Source: an uncultured Clostridia bacterium (GTDB lineage Bacteria; Bacillota; Clostridia; Christensenellales; Aristaeellaceae). Taken from it: DNA of 16,140 nucleotides. Location: contig CALGBY010000031.1 of the NCBI GenBank assembly GCA_937886445.1, positions 1-16,140 on the forward strand, read 5' to 3'. The first letter of the stretch is position 1, and every line of letters begins with the position of its first letter. The notes under the pieces were generated by a model. The model was not told the origin of the DNA and searched no databases. It worked only from the letters and a program-made list of their open reading frames with translations. A program made the position numbers and the translations under genes. Positions 1 through 8,926 of the stretch are shown one piece after another.

Positions 1-158
1 TTGTTTTCTTGACTGTGCTTGTTTGCCTACCGCATTTTTAAATGAGATGACCCTGAGGCGGATTTGTATACCCCGGGATCTGCGCGGAACCGTGATAACG
101 CCTGTGAAACAGGAACGGGACCGGCGGACGGGCGCCTGAACGGCAAACCAAGTTATGG

Positions 159-187
159 TTGCAACCCTGCGCCTGAGGATGTATAAT
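159..187 (+). promoter_or_regulatory. Sigma-A/sigma-70-type promoter for the sensor kinase gene
   Basis: TTGCAA (159-164), an exact 17-nt spacer, then TATAAT (182-187). It lies inside the 5' extension of the 155..2575 ORF, which argues the true start is the downstream ATG at 251. Confidence 0.5.
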
Positions 188-250
188 ACCAGCAGTATAT
201 TGCTTTTATGCAGCAGGGATGCAGCGTTCGTGAAAGGAGATACAGCGGAT

Positions 251-2575
251 ATGTCAGTGGGTTTGATGTATTCAGTAGCCGTTTTTTTCTGCCTTCTGGT
301 CAATATGGTGATTACGGGCAGGGCGCTTTCATTGCGCCGGCGCGGCATGAAGGATGACCATCTGCTGATGCTGCTGCTTTTTTTTATCGGCTTTTGCGTT
401 ATTGATCTGATCTGGGGCCTGTTTTACGACAATTCCGGTGTGTTCTGCTCCCTTACCGGCCTCGTGCTGTCCTCCTATGCCTTTCACATCATGTCCGCTC
501 TTTCCGCCTGCGTATGGGGCGGGTATATGATACACTTTACAGGGGCAGACGGTAAAACGAAGCTCATATTGAACACCCTGCGTTACTGTCTGCTTGCTGC
601 GCAGATCATTTTGCTGATCTTCAATCTGCTCAGCGAAAATGTGTTCCGCGTTTTTGAAGTTCCTCAGGCTCCGGGAAGCTATGAATATGCAACGGGATCT
701 GCCAGACCGGTATTGTTCTGCCTTCAGATGAGCAATTATGTGATCCTGATGGCTTATTCACTGAGCCGCATTTACAAAAACAGCGAGCGCAGCCTGCACG
801 CCAAGGTGATCTTTTATTCTGTTATCCCGCTCATTTTCGGCTTTATGCAGCTGCTTCGCCTGAATGTATCGATGTACACCTTCGGCTTTACCCTCTCTTC
901 AGTCGCGATCTATATATTCTATGTGACAGATACGAGAGAACGCCAGCTCATCAGCGAAGCGGACAGACAGAGCCGGAAGAACAACGCGATCATACAAAGC
1001 ATATCAAATGATTATGAGGCGATCTATTATGTCGATACCGCGGCCGGTACTTTTGATATCCTGTACAGGATGGCGGACGGCAGCATAAAAAGCGTAAGCA
1101 GGAACGATGATTTCTTCGAATATGCACGGAGCGGCATCGCGAAAACTGTTTACGGCGAGGATCTTGAGAAGGCGGCCGGGATGCTGACACAGTCCCATAT
1201 CCGAAAAGAGCTTGCGGACAAGGATGCGTTTTCCTTCACCTGCCGGATCATGCTGCGCGGAGAACCGGTCTTCTGCGAAGTGCGCTGTGTGCGCTCCGCG
1301 CTTGAAGACCGGGGAGAGGAAAAGCTGATATTCGGTGTACGCAATATCAATGAAGCGGTCCGCGCCCAGACAGAGCAGAACAGGCTGCTTGAAAACGCGC
1401 TGGAGAGCGCCCGTTCGTCCGACCAGACCAAAACAAGCTTCCTCTTTAATATGAGCCATGATATCCGCACACCCATGAACGCGATCATCGGCTTTACCGG
1501 TCTTGCCAAGAAACATATCAATGACACGGAACGCGTGAAGGAATGCCTTGAAAAGGTGGAAAGCGCCGGCGACCAGCTGCTTTCACTGGTAAACGATGTA
1601 CTTGATATGTCCAGAATAGAATCCGGCAAGGTGATCATCAATGAAAAGCCTCTGTATATCAATAAATGCGTCGATGACCTGATCAGCGCGGTGGGAAACA
1701 GCGCGAGGGAAAAGAATATAGAACTGATCTGTGATACCTCAGACAGCTTTGCCCATCCGTGGATCTACGCGGATGAACTGCGATTGAACCGCGTTATGAT
1801 GAATATTCTGAACAACGCGATCAAGTTTACAAAGTCCGGCGGGAAGGTAGTGTACACCGTAAGTGAAAGCGCGTCGACCGAAAAAGGCAGGGTGCATTAC
1901 CGCTTTTGCGTAAACGATAACGGGATCGGCATGAGCAGGGAGTTCATGTCTCACCTGTACGAGGCGTTTTCCAGAGAACAGAATTCAGCCGTGAACGGTA
2001 TTCAAAGCACCGGCCTCGGCCTGACGATCACAAAGGAACTGGTAACGCTGATGAACGGCACGATCGATATTCAGAGCACGCTGGGAGTGGGTACCGATGT
2101 GACCGTGGATTTTGATTTCCGGATCGCGATGGAAGACGGGCCGAAAACACACGCGCATGCGGAGAACGATCTTGCCGTACTGAAGGGAAGGTACGCGCTG
2201 GTCGTTGAGGATAACCCGCTGAACCGTGATATCGCGCTGGATATTCTGGAAGACTACGGAGTAACGGCCGATACTGCTGAGGACGGGACAGCGGCGCTTC
2301 AGAAATATGCCGATATCCTTCGTACCGGTTCAAAAATGTATGATTTTATCCTGATGGATATTGAGATGCCTGTTATGAACGGCTACAAGGCCACCGCTGA
2401 GATACGAAACATGAGCGGCATCGGCGGAACACATGTGCCTGTTATCGCGATGACGGCCAATGCCTTCCGGGAGGACCGGCAGCGGGCACTGGAGGCCGGT
2501 ATGGACGCGTATATTGCAAAACCGATCAACCCCGAGTCGCTTGCCGCCATACTTGCCGGTCTGATCCGGAAATGA
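251..2575 (+). CDS. Hybrid sensor histidine kinase/response regulator: 7-TM N-terminal sensor, PAS-like region, HisKA, HATPase_c and a C-terminal REC domain
   Basis: About seven hydrophobic helices occupy the first ~250 aa. H-box is FNMSHDIRTPMNAIIGF (His codon 1457-1459). N-box is MNILNNAIKFT and the G-boxes are DNGIGM and GLGLTI. The receiver has LVVEDNPLNR, ILMDIEMPVMNG (Asp codon 2357-2359) and YIAKPI. I chose the start at 251 because of AGGAGA at 235-240 and the promoter at 159-187; the ORF track opens at 155. Confidence 0.9.
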   Translation: MSVGLMYSVAVFFCLLVNMVITGRALSLRRRGMKDDHLLMLLLFFIGFCVIDLIWGLFYDNSGVFCSLTGLVLSSYAFHIMSALSACVWGGYMIHFTGADGKTKLILNTLRYCLLAAQIILLIFNLLSENVFRVFEVPQAPGSYEYATGSARPVLFCLQMSNYVILMAYSLSRIYKNSERSLHAKVIFYSVIPLIFGFMQLLRLNVSMYTFGFTLSSVAIYIFYVTDTRERQLISEADRQSRKNNAIIQSISNDYEAIYYVDTAAGTFDILYRMADGSIKSVSRNDDFFEYARSGIAKTVYGEDLEKAAGMLTQSHIRKELADKDAFSFTCRIMLRGEPVFCEVRCVRSALEDRGEEKLIFGVRNINEAVRAQTEQNRLLENALESARSSDQTKTSFLFNMSHDIRTPMNAIIGFTGLAKKHINDTERVKECLEKVESAGDQLLSLVNDVLDMSRIESGKVIINEKPLYINKCVDDLISAVGNSAREKNIELICDTSDSFAHPWIYADELRLNRVMMNILNNAIKFTKSGGKVVYTVSESASTEKGRVHYRFCVNDNGIGMSREFMSHLYEAFSREQNSAVNGIQSTGLGLTITKELVTLMNGTIDIQSTLGVGTDVTVDFDFRIAMEDGPKTHAHAENDLAVLKGRYALVVEDNPLNRDIALDILEDYGVTADTAEDGTAALQKYADILRTGSKMYDFILMDIEMPVMNGYKATAEIRNMSGIGGTHVPVIAMTANAFREDRQRALEAGMDAYIAKPINPESLAAILAGLIRK

Positions 2576-2609
2576 TCGGGATATCCGAGTAGAGTGATCT
2601 CATATACGG

Positions 2610-2650
2610 AAAAGAGGATCTGCAGTTCAAAGGACCGCGGATCCTCTTTT
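2610..2650. terminator. Bidirectional rho-independent terminator between convergent genes
   Basis: AAAAGAGGATC (2610-2620) pairs with GATCCTCTTTT (2640-2650), and a few further GC pairs extend the stem. A-run and T-run flanks allow termination in both directions between the kinase (+) and the glycosyltransferase (-). Confidence 0.7.
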
Positions 2651-2697
2651 GAGATATGCCCTCGGGATGAAAATGTTATGCCCGAAAGATGAAAGAG

Positions 2698-3792
2698 TCA
2701 ATTTAACCCGGAAAGATAGATACTCTCAAGCTTTTTCGCGAATGTCTGTATCCCGAAGCCGGAGGTCTCCGCGATACCGGACAGATCCGAACGCTCCGGT
2801 GTTTCCCTGAGCGCCTCATCCGCCCATACCTGAGTGCTTTCTATAGAAAGACTGCGTACGAGGGGAGAAATGACCACATCCTTTGTGATCCTGTCGGATA
2901 TCAGGCAGGGCAGTCCGGCTGTCTGCGCTTCAATAAGGGAAAGCGGCGCTCCTTCCCAAAGAGAGGGAAACAGAAAACAGTCCGCCGCCTGCAAAAGCGC
3001 GTTCACATCGTTACGGCTGCCCAGCAGGCGCACATTTTTTCCGATGCCGAGAGCGCTGATCTTTTGGAGGATCGCTTTTTCCATCGAGCCGGAGCCCACG
3101 ATCAGAAGCACGCTGTTTTCCTGCTTTTTCAGTATGCCGGCAAAAACATCCAGCAGAAAAAGATGGTTTTTCGCTTCGTTCAGACGGCCGACATGGATAT
3201 ATACCTTTTTGCCCTCAAGCCCTTCCTGCGCCCTTGTGCTTTCGCGCAGCAGGGGATCAAAACGGAATACCTGCGTATCCACCGCGTTGCCCAGTATCAG
3301 GCATTTTCCGTTTTCTATGCTTTTTTTGCCGAAAAGCCATTCGCCCGCTTCTCTGGAGCACGCGATGCAGCGATCCGCCTGATAACGGAGCGGGTACTGC
3401 AGAAGCGTTTTGAACAGCGCTGAAAAGCCTTTGCCGTTGGAGGTACTGTGGCTGTGTACCAGCGTTTTTACACCGAAACGCTTCGCGATGGGCAGATATA
3501 CGGAGGCGTAGCTGCGGATGTGAGAGTGGAGAACGGTGATCTCCGGATGCTCGCGGAAAAAACGCTTCCACATGGAGCGGATCTTTATCACATTAAAGCC
3601 GCTGAAGCGCGGAAAATGGAATACTCTTCCGCCCATTGCGATGATCTCATCTTCGTGGGGCTGCTTTTCCGGAGTGTGCACGATAAAATCGAACTGCACC
3701 CTGCTTTTGTCGATCGCTTTATAGCAGTTGACGACCATGGTCTCCACACCGCCGGTCCTCAGACTGACTACTACCTGAGCTACCCTTACCAT
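2698..3792 (-). CDS. Glycosyltransferase family 4 (GT-B fold, Glycos_transf_1 type)
   Basis: The N-terminus VAQVVVSLRTGGVETMV is typical of GT4 enzymes. The C-terminal EX7E signature is present (FPSLWEGAPLSLIEAQTAGLPCLISD). I set the start at ATG 3792-3790, preceded by AGGAGG (complement of 3799-3804) with a 6-nt spacer. The ORF-track extension to 3855 overlaps the gene's own promoter. Confidence 0.85.
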   Translation of the reverse strand: MVRVAQVVVSLRTGGVETMVVNCYKAIDKSRVQFDFIVHTPEKQPHEDEIIAMGGRVFHFPRFSGFNVIKIRSMWKRFFREHPEITVLHSHIRSYASVYLPIAKRFGVKTLVHSHSTSNGKGFSALFKTLLQYPLRYQADRCIACSREAGEWLFGKKSIENGKCLILGNAVDTQVFRFDPLLRESTRAQEGLEGKKVYIHVGRLNEAKNHLFLLDVFAGILKKQENSVLLIVGSGSMEKAILQKISALGIGKNVRLLGSRNDVNALLQAADCFLFPSLWEGAPLSLIEAQTAGLPCLISDRITKDVVISPLVRSLSIESTQVWADEALRETPERSDLSGIAETSGFGIQTFAKKLESIYLSGLN

Positions 3793-3822
3793 TCGCGCCC
3801 TCCTTTCCGCATATTCCCGTAT

Positions 3823-3851
3823 ATCATAACGCAAGAGGAGCGCGTTATCAA
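3823..3851 (-). promoter_or_regulatory. Sigma-A-type promoter for the glycosyltransferase gene
   Basis: On the minus strand: TTGATA (complement of 3846-3851), a 17-nt spacer, then TATGAT (complement of 3823-3828). This sits about 30 nt upstream of ATG 3792. A 7-bp inverted repeat, ATAACGC/GCGTTAT (3826-3832 / 3842-3848), bridges the two hexamers. Confidence 0.55.
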
Positions 3852-3968
3852 GCAAAACCGAAACAAAATCACACCTTTTGGAATGAATTGCGGAACAGAA
3901 AAGGAAAATCGCGAAAAGCAGAAATTCGGATTTAACAGAATTGTAATCACTGAATAACGGTATATATG

Positions 3969-3977
3969 TGTTATAAT
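3969..3977 (+). promoter_or_regulatory. Candidate extended -10 promoter element for the MBL/comEC/holA/rsmG gene string
   Basis: TGTTATAAT (TGnTATAAT) lies in the AT-rich divergent intergenic region, about 80 nt upstream of ATG 4056. I could not find a convincing -35 at 17 nt. Confidence 0.3.
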
Positions 3978-4055
3978 TAAATTGTATATTTCTGTACTTC
4001 TCCGTTTACGGAGCGTCGGGAATGCCTGCAACGGAACCGAAAGGAAACAGAAAGA

Positions 4056-4856
4056 ATGAAACTGACTTTTTGCCCGCTCTTCAGCGGATCGAGCGGGAAC
4101 GCGCTTCTGGTATGCGGCGGAAACACCCGTTTGCTGATCGACTGCGGCATGACCGGAAAACAGATATGCGGCGCGCTTGAAAGTGTGGGTGCATCGCCTG
4201 ATACACTGGACGCGATCCTGATCACGCATGAACACAGCGATCATGTCAAAGGCGCCGGTGTGATGAGCCGCAAATATCATCTGCCGGTTTACGCGAACGA
4301 ACCCACATGGAATGCGATGGCGAAATGCGTTGGAGAGATCGGATACGATAATGTACGCTTTTTTGAAAGCGGAACGGATCTGCTTCTCGGAGATCTGTGC
4401 GTACATTCCTTCCAAACGCCTCATGACGCGGCGGAATCCGTTGGTTTCCGCGTCTCCTACGGAAACCGGAGCATCGCCGTGGCTACCGATATGGGTCATA
4501 TGCTGAAACGGGTGTTTGAGGAGATCCGCACAGCGGATCTTGTGCTGCTGGAAAGCAATCATGACCCGCGGATGCTGATGGAAAACCCTCATTATTCCTC
4601 CGCGCTCAAACGCCGCATTCTGGGCAATCAGGGGCATCTGTGCAATGAGGTGTGCGCCAAAACGCTGGTCAAGCTATGCGAATCCGGAGTAAAAAGGGCG
4701 ATCCTGGGTCATCTGAGCGGAGAAAACAATACGCCGCAGCTCGCAATGGATACCGCTCTTGAGATCCTGACAGACAGCGGGGCTGTGCCCGGGAGAGATA
4801 TCGCGGTGGATATGTCCTGGCGCGACAGGCCCGGCAATGTATATACGCTTGAATAG
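4056..4856 (+). CDS. MBL-fold metallo-hydrolase, YycJ/WalJ-like
   Basis: The metallo-beta-lactamase motif ITHEHSDHVKG is present. The N-terminus FSGSSGNALLV...LLIDCG and the LPVYANEPTWNAM segment resemble Bacillus YycJ as I recall it. A GAAAGGA ribosome binding site sits about 10 nt upstream. Confidence 0.85.
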   Translation: MKLTFCPLFSGSSGNALLVCGGNTRLLIDCGMTGKQICGALESVGASPDTLDAILITHEHSDHVKGAGVMSRKYHLPVYANEPTWNAMAKCVGEIGYDNVRFFESGTDLLLGDLCVHSFQTPHDAAESVGFRVSYGNRSIAVATDMGHMLKRVFEEIRTADLVLLESNHDPRMLMENPHYSSALKRRILGNQGHLCNEVCAKTLVKLCESGVKRAILGHLSGENNTPQLAMDTALEILTDSGAVPGRDIAVDMSWRDRPGNVYTLE

Positions 4857-4870
4857 GCAAAGGAGATCAT

Positions 4871-5578
4871 ATGAAAATCACGGTTTTGGGCTGCTACGGC
4901 CCCTATCCCGCGCCCGGAGAGGCAACGAGCGGTTATCTGATCGAATGCGCCGGAAAAAAGATCCTGCTGGACTGCGGCGCCGGTGTATGCGGAAAACTGA
5001 TGGAAAGGTGCTCTCCGGAGGAACTGGACTTGTTGGTCTTCTCTCATCTGCATTATGACCATATGAGCGACGCGAGTGTTCTGGGTTATTATTACCAGCT
5101 GCACGGCGGCGTACTGCCGGTTTGGCTGCCGGGTGAGGAACAGAGCGCGAGGAGAAGTATTCTGGATGTGCCGATGTTTTCTCTGAACGATATGAAGGAT
5201 GAATGGGAACTGGACGGCATCCGTTTCTTGACTGTTCCGGTATGCCATCCCGTGCCCTGCCGCGCCGTGAGGATCGAAGCGGACGGCAAGGTATTCGCTT
5301 TTACCGGTGACAGCAATATCTGCCCGCGGCTTGAGGATTTCTGCCGCGGGGCGGATGTGCTGTTTGCCGACAGCGCGTTCACCACAGCCCAGTGGGGAGA
5401 AGGCAAGCCGCATATGAGCGCTGCTCTCTGCGGAAAGCTGGCGGCTGCCGCCGGCGTGAAAAAGCTGTACCTGACGCATCTCAATCCCGGTAACGATACT
5501 GAACAGCTTGTCCGCGAGGCCGGGGAATACTTCCCGAATGTATCCTGCGTATATCCCGGTATGACCTGTCCGGTATGA
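4871..5578 (+). CDS. MBL-fold metallo-hydrolase (Lactamase_B_2 / YhfI-like)
   Basis: Motifs seen are MKITVLGCYGPYPAPGEATSGYLIE, LLDCGAG and the HxHxDH motif FSHLHYDHMSD. AGGAGA sits at 4861-4866. The stop overlaps the comEC ATG (ATGA at 5575-5578). Confidence 0.85.
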   Translation: MKITVLGCYGPYPAPGEATSGYLIECAGKKILLDCGAGVCGKLMERCSPEELDLLVFSHLHYDHMSDASVLGYYYQLHGGVLPVWLPGEEQSARRSILDVPMFSLNDMKDEWELDGIRFLTVPVCHPVPCRAVRIEADGKVFAFTGDSNICPRLEDFCRGADVLFADSAFTTAQWGEGKPHMSAALCGKLAAAAGVKKLYLTHLNPGNDTEQLVREAGEYFPNVSCVYPGMTCPV

Positions 5579-7878
5579 GCAGGTATACGGCGTTTTTTAC
5601 CGAAAGACCGCTGGTGGCTCTGAGCCTGTGCTACGGTATGGGTGTGCTGCTGGGCTTTCGAATGGAATGGATGCCTGTATGGGCCGCCGCGGGTCTGCTC
5701 TGCGGCGCGGCGGCTGCAGTTATCCTGTTTTTAATGAAGAAAAGCGCGCTTCCCGGCGTTTGCCTTTCGATACTTTTTCTGGGCATCCTGCTTGGCGGTG
5801 CCGCGGCGAACCCGTCCCTGCCTGCCGAGGGGCGCTGTACAGTGTACGGTACGGTGAGCGGTTCCGTCAGGACGGACGACAGCGGCAAGAACAAAGTCTA
5901 TCTTGAGGATGTTTTTTTGACCGATGAAAACGGTGTGAGTGTAAAGGCCGGGAAGGCCTATCTCACACTGGCACCCGACACGGAAGGCCTTGTTCTGGAG
6001 GACGGACAGGTCATCCGGACGGAAGGAAGGGTCTATTATCCGTCAGGGCGTGAAAACCCCTATGGCTTTGATTTCAGGGAGTACCTGCTCTCAAAGGGCT
6101 GCGGCTACGGGATCACCGTGACAGGAGACCCCGTTATCGCGCCGGAGCGGAAAACCGGTGTATCGGGCTTCTTTCTGCGCCTGAGAGAAACGATGGCGGA
6201 TAGAGGAAGGGAGATCTTCGGCAGCGAAAGCGCTTTGCCGCTCGCGCTGATCCTGGGGATCAGGGACGAGCTGCCCGATGAAACGCAAAGCTCCTTCTCA
6301 GACGCCGGTGTCGCGCATATTCTCGCGGTATCCGGTCTGCATGTATCTCTGCTGGCCGGTGTGCTGATGCTGCTGCTTCGCAAAATGCACCTTTCGCCGC
6401 TGGCGATCCTCTGTGTGACCGGTGTTTTTCTTCTGGTATACTGTGCGCTGATCGGCTTTTCGGCGCCGGTGGTGCGCGCGAGCGTGCTGACAATGATCGT
6501 GCTTTTTGCCCCGCTCGCGAAGCGGAGGACGGATCCGCTCACCTCACTTGCAGCGGCTTTTCTGATCCTCTTGCTTATCCGCCCGGCCGATCTTTTTACA
6601 CAAAGCTTCATCCTGTCCTTCAGCGCGGTGCTGGGCATCATCCTCTTTGGCGACCTTTTCAAAAGCTTTGTTCCGCGAAACAGGATACTGGCCAGGCTGT
6701 GGAGCTTCTGGCAGACGACATTCGCCGCCTCGTGCGGCGTTGCGCTTTCCTCTGTATGCTGTTTTCATTCTCTGTCGCTCATCGGCTTTGTGATCAATCC
6801 GTTTGTGTGTGCCTTTATCGGCATACTGCTGCCGGCGTATGCGGTGATCTTTGCCGTGGGCTGGGTCTGGCTTCCGGCCGGGCGTTTTCTGGGCACGCTG
6901 ATCGGCTTTGTTACACGGACATTTACAGAGGCGATCGACCTGATCAGCCGCGTTCCCGGCGCGGTGATAAATGTGCGCACGCCGCCGGTGCTGTGCATGA
7001 TCCTTCTCGTGGCTGGTATGATCCTGCTTACGCGTTATTCTGTCATTCGCAGGAAGATCCGTCTGCCTGCCGCCGGCGCGCTGATCCTATCATCTGTTCT
7101 GATATTCATTTTCAGCCGCGATACCGGTTTGCGATACATCCAGCTGTCCTCCGGGCAGGCGGATTGCGCGGTCATTACCGACGGAAATGAAACCGTGGTA
7201 CTGGATACGGGAGAAGACGGGGGAGACCTGAGCAGCTATCTGCTTTCATCGGGTCTGTCTGCCGATACCGTGGTGATCACACATTTCCATTCGGATCATA
7301 CCGGGGGAATAAAGAAACTGATCGAAAACGGGGTCCGTATCGGAAAGGTGTATTATGCCGCCGGTGCTCAGGAGCATGCCGATGACGGAAGCGCGGATTT
7401 TCTTGAATTACTTCGGGACGCGGGCATTCCCGTGCGGGAGATATCCAGAGGAGATGTGTTCTCAACGGAACGCGTACGTTTTTCGGTGCTCTGGCCGGAA
7501 AGAGGAAGGCAACAGCCCGGCGCGGACGCGAATGATTATTCTTTGGCAATGATGATCGACCTGGACGGAACGGAAATGCTTCATATGGGTGATCTGTCCG
7601 GGATCTATGAGCTTTACGCGGCAAACCCTGCCGATATTCTCAAGGTGGCACACCACGGAAGCGGATCCAGTACAGGCGAGGCGTTCCTGAGTACTGTTTC
7701 TCCCGAAACGGCACTTATCACTGCCGCTTCCTTCAGGACTAATCTTCCAAACGAGCGTACGCTTGAAAGGCTCAGAGCGGCAGGCGCGGTCATCTACCGT
7801 ACAGATGAGGACTGCGCGATCGAGATCCGTTTTGAGAACGGAAGCTATACCGTGAATACATATAAGAGGAAACGATGA
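5575..7878 (+). CDS. comEC: DNA internalization-related competence protein ComEC/Rec2
   Basis: It has an N-terminal TM segment plus an OB-like region (NPYGFDFREYLLSKG). The polytopic competence domain carries AGVAHILAVSGLHV. The C-terminal MBL domain carries VVITHFHSDHTGG and KVAHHGS. The downstream holA neighbour matches Bacillota synteny. Confidence 0.9.
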   Translation: MSRYTAFFTERPLVALSLCYGMGVLLGFRMEWMPVWAAAGLLCGAAAAVILFLMKKSALPGVCLSILFLGILLGGAAANPSLPAEGRCTVYGTVSGSVRTDDSGKNKVYLEDVFLTDENGVSVKAGKAYLTLAPDTEGLVLEDGQVIRTEGRVYYPSGRENPYGFDFREYLLSKGCGYGITVTGDPVIAPERKTGVSGFFLRLRETMADRGREIFGSESALPLALILGIRDELPDETQSSFSDAGVAHILAVSGLHVSLLAGVLMLLLRKMHLSPLAILCVTGVFLLVYCALIGFSAPVVRASVLTMIVLFAPLAKRRTDPLTSLAAAFLILLLIRPADLFTQSFILSFSAVLGIILFGDLFKSFVPRNRILARLWSFWQTTFAASCGVALSSVCCFHSLSLIGFVINPFVCAFIGILLPAYAVIFAVGWVWLPAGRFLGTLIGFVTRTFTEAIDLISRVPGAVINVRTPPVLCMILLVAGMILLTRYSVIRRKIRLPAAGALILSSVLIFIFSRDTGLRYIQLSSGQADCAVITDGNETVVLDTGEDGGDLSSYLLSSGLSADTVVITHFHSDHTGGIKKLIENGVRIGKVYYAAGAQEHADDGSADFLELLRDAGIPVREISRGDVFSTERVRFSVLWPERGRQQPGADANDYSLAMMIDLDGTEMLHMGDLSGIYELYAANPADILKVAHHGSGSSTGEAFLSTVSPETALITAASFRTNLPNERTLERLRAAGAVIYRTDEDCAIEIRFENGSYTVNTYKRKR

Positions 7879-8909
7879 ATCACACTCAGTTTTTTGCCGC
7901 CTGCAGCGCCGGACAGATCCGGAATGTATACCTTTTTGAAGGTGAGGAGGAGCTTACCAAGGCGTCTGCGCTGGATGCGCTGCGAAACGCGTGTCTGAAG
8001 GATACCGAGCTTCCCGAAATGAATGAGACCGTGCTGACGGACCCGGACGCGGATACCCTGATCGCGGCATGTGAGACACTGCCTTTTCTTTCGGAGAGAA
8101 GGCTGGTCACCGTGCGGGAATGCGCCATGCTGATACCGAACGGAAAAACCAAAGAATATGACGCGGATGATGCGGCGGAACGCCTGAAGGAATATCTGCC
8201 CGGAATATCGCAGACGACCTGTCTGGTTTTCTATGTGCGCGGTAAAGCGGACAGCAGAAGAAAGCTGTACGGCGCGGTAAAAAAGCGCGGAGAGACTGTT
8301 CAGTTTGACACACTGGATGAGAATGAGCTGGCCAAATGGATCATCAAGCGTTTCCGGCTTCACGGAAAAAATGCGGATGCGTCGGCTGCTCAGGCACTGT
8401 GGTTTACAAGCGGAAAGGATCTGACACTGCTCAGCAATGAGATCGATAAGATCTGCGCGTACGCGGGCGATCAGGATACGGTGACGGAGACCGAGATCGC
8501 GGCGGTGGCCACACAGACGACTGAGTATAAGGTGTTCGATCTTGCGGATACCCTGCTGAGCGGGAACGGGAAAAAAGCGTTTTCCCTTTTGAGAATGCTG
8601 GAGCGGGACGGAGAACAAAGCGTATACCTGCTCAGCCTGCTCGGAAGACAATGCCGTCAGATGCTGTATGTGAGGGACTGCAGAGATCCCTACACCGCGG
8701 CACGGCGTCTGGGGATCCCGTCCGGCGCGGCTTCAGCACTGATGCGTATGGGCAAAGCGTACAGCGCGGAACAAACGGAGCAGATCTGCCGTCTGTGTAC
8801 GGAAACGGAATACAGGATCAAAAGCGGTGAGCTGAATGAGAGCGGGGCGCTTGAAAATGTGATGCTGCGTATTCTGGCAATGTTCAGAAAACAGGACAAC
8901 AGTGATTGA
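7875..8909 (+). CDS. holA: DNA polymerase III subunit delta
   Basis: The N-terminal VYLFEGEEELTK-type motif, the length (344 aa) and the helical C-terminal region fit HolA. It lies directly downstream of comEC with an ATGA start/stop overlap (7875-7878), as in Bacillus. Confidence 0.85.
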   Translation: MNHTQFFAACSAGQIRNVYLFEGEEELTKASALDALRNACLKDTELPEMNETVLTDPDADTLIAACETLPFLSERRLVTVRECAMLIPNGKTKEYDADDAAERLKEYLPGISQTTCLVFYVRGKADSRRKLYGAVKKRGETVQFDTLDENELAKWIIKRFRLHGKNADASAAQALWFTSGKDLTLLSNEIDKICAYAGDQDTVTETEIAAVATQTTEYKVFDLADTLLSGNGKKAFSLLRMLERDGEQSVYLLSLLGRQCRQMLYVRDCRDPYTAARRLGIPSGAASALMRMGKAYSAEQTEQICRLCTETEYRIKSGELNESGALENVMLRILAMFRKQDNSD

Positions 8910-8926
8910 TACGGGAGAAGAACGGA

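Noticed and set aside
142-149. GGCAAACC followed by a small hairpin (AACCA-AGTT-ATGGTT), reminiscent of the 5' part of a GEMM-I c-di-GMP riboswitch.
   Set aside because: The second conserved half (ACGCAAAGCC-like) is absent. The segment also lies at or upstream of the predicted promoter, so it would not be in the kinase leader. The match is too short to mean anything.
155-250. The N-terminal extensions offered by the ORF track: 155-250 for the kinase, 3793-3855 for the GT4, 9739-9768 for DUF3783, 10127-10180 for CE4 and 14876-14887 for HAD.
   Set aside because: The extensions contain the genes' own promoter hexamers or the 3' end of the preceding gene, and they lack ribosome binding sites. 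Downstream ATGs with AGGAGG-like sites at 6-10 nt give N-termini that match the family norms.
4000-4013. A small hairpin, CTCCG-TTTA-CGGAG, in the leader of the first MBL gene.
   Set aside because: It has only 5 bp, no U-tract and no recognisable riboswitch or attenuator context. Hairpins of this kind are common by chance.
8906-8926. A TTG start for rsmG overlapping the holA stop, which would extend the chain of coupled genes.
   Set aside because: It is possible, but ATG 8927 has a GGGAGA site at suitable spacing and gives an N-terminus of typical RsmG length. I kept it as an alternative rather than reporting it as a finding.
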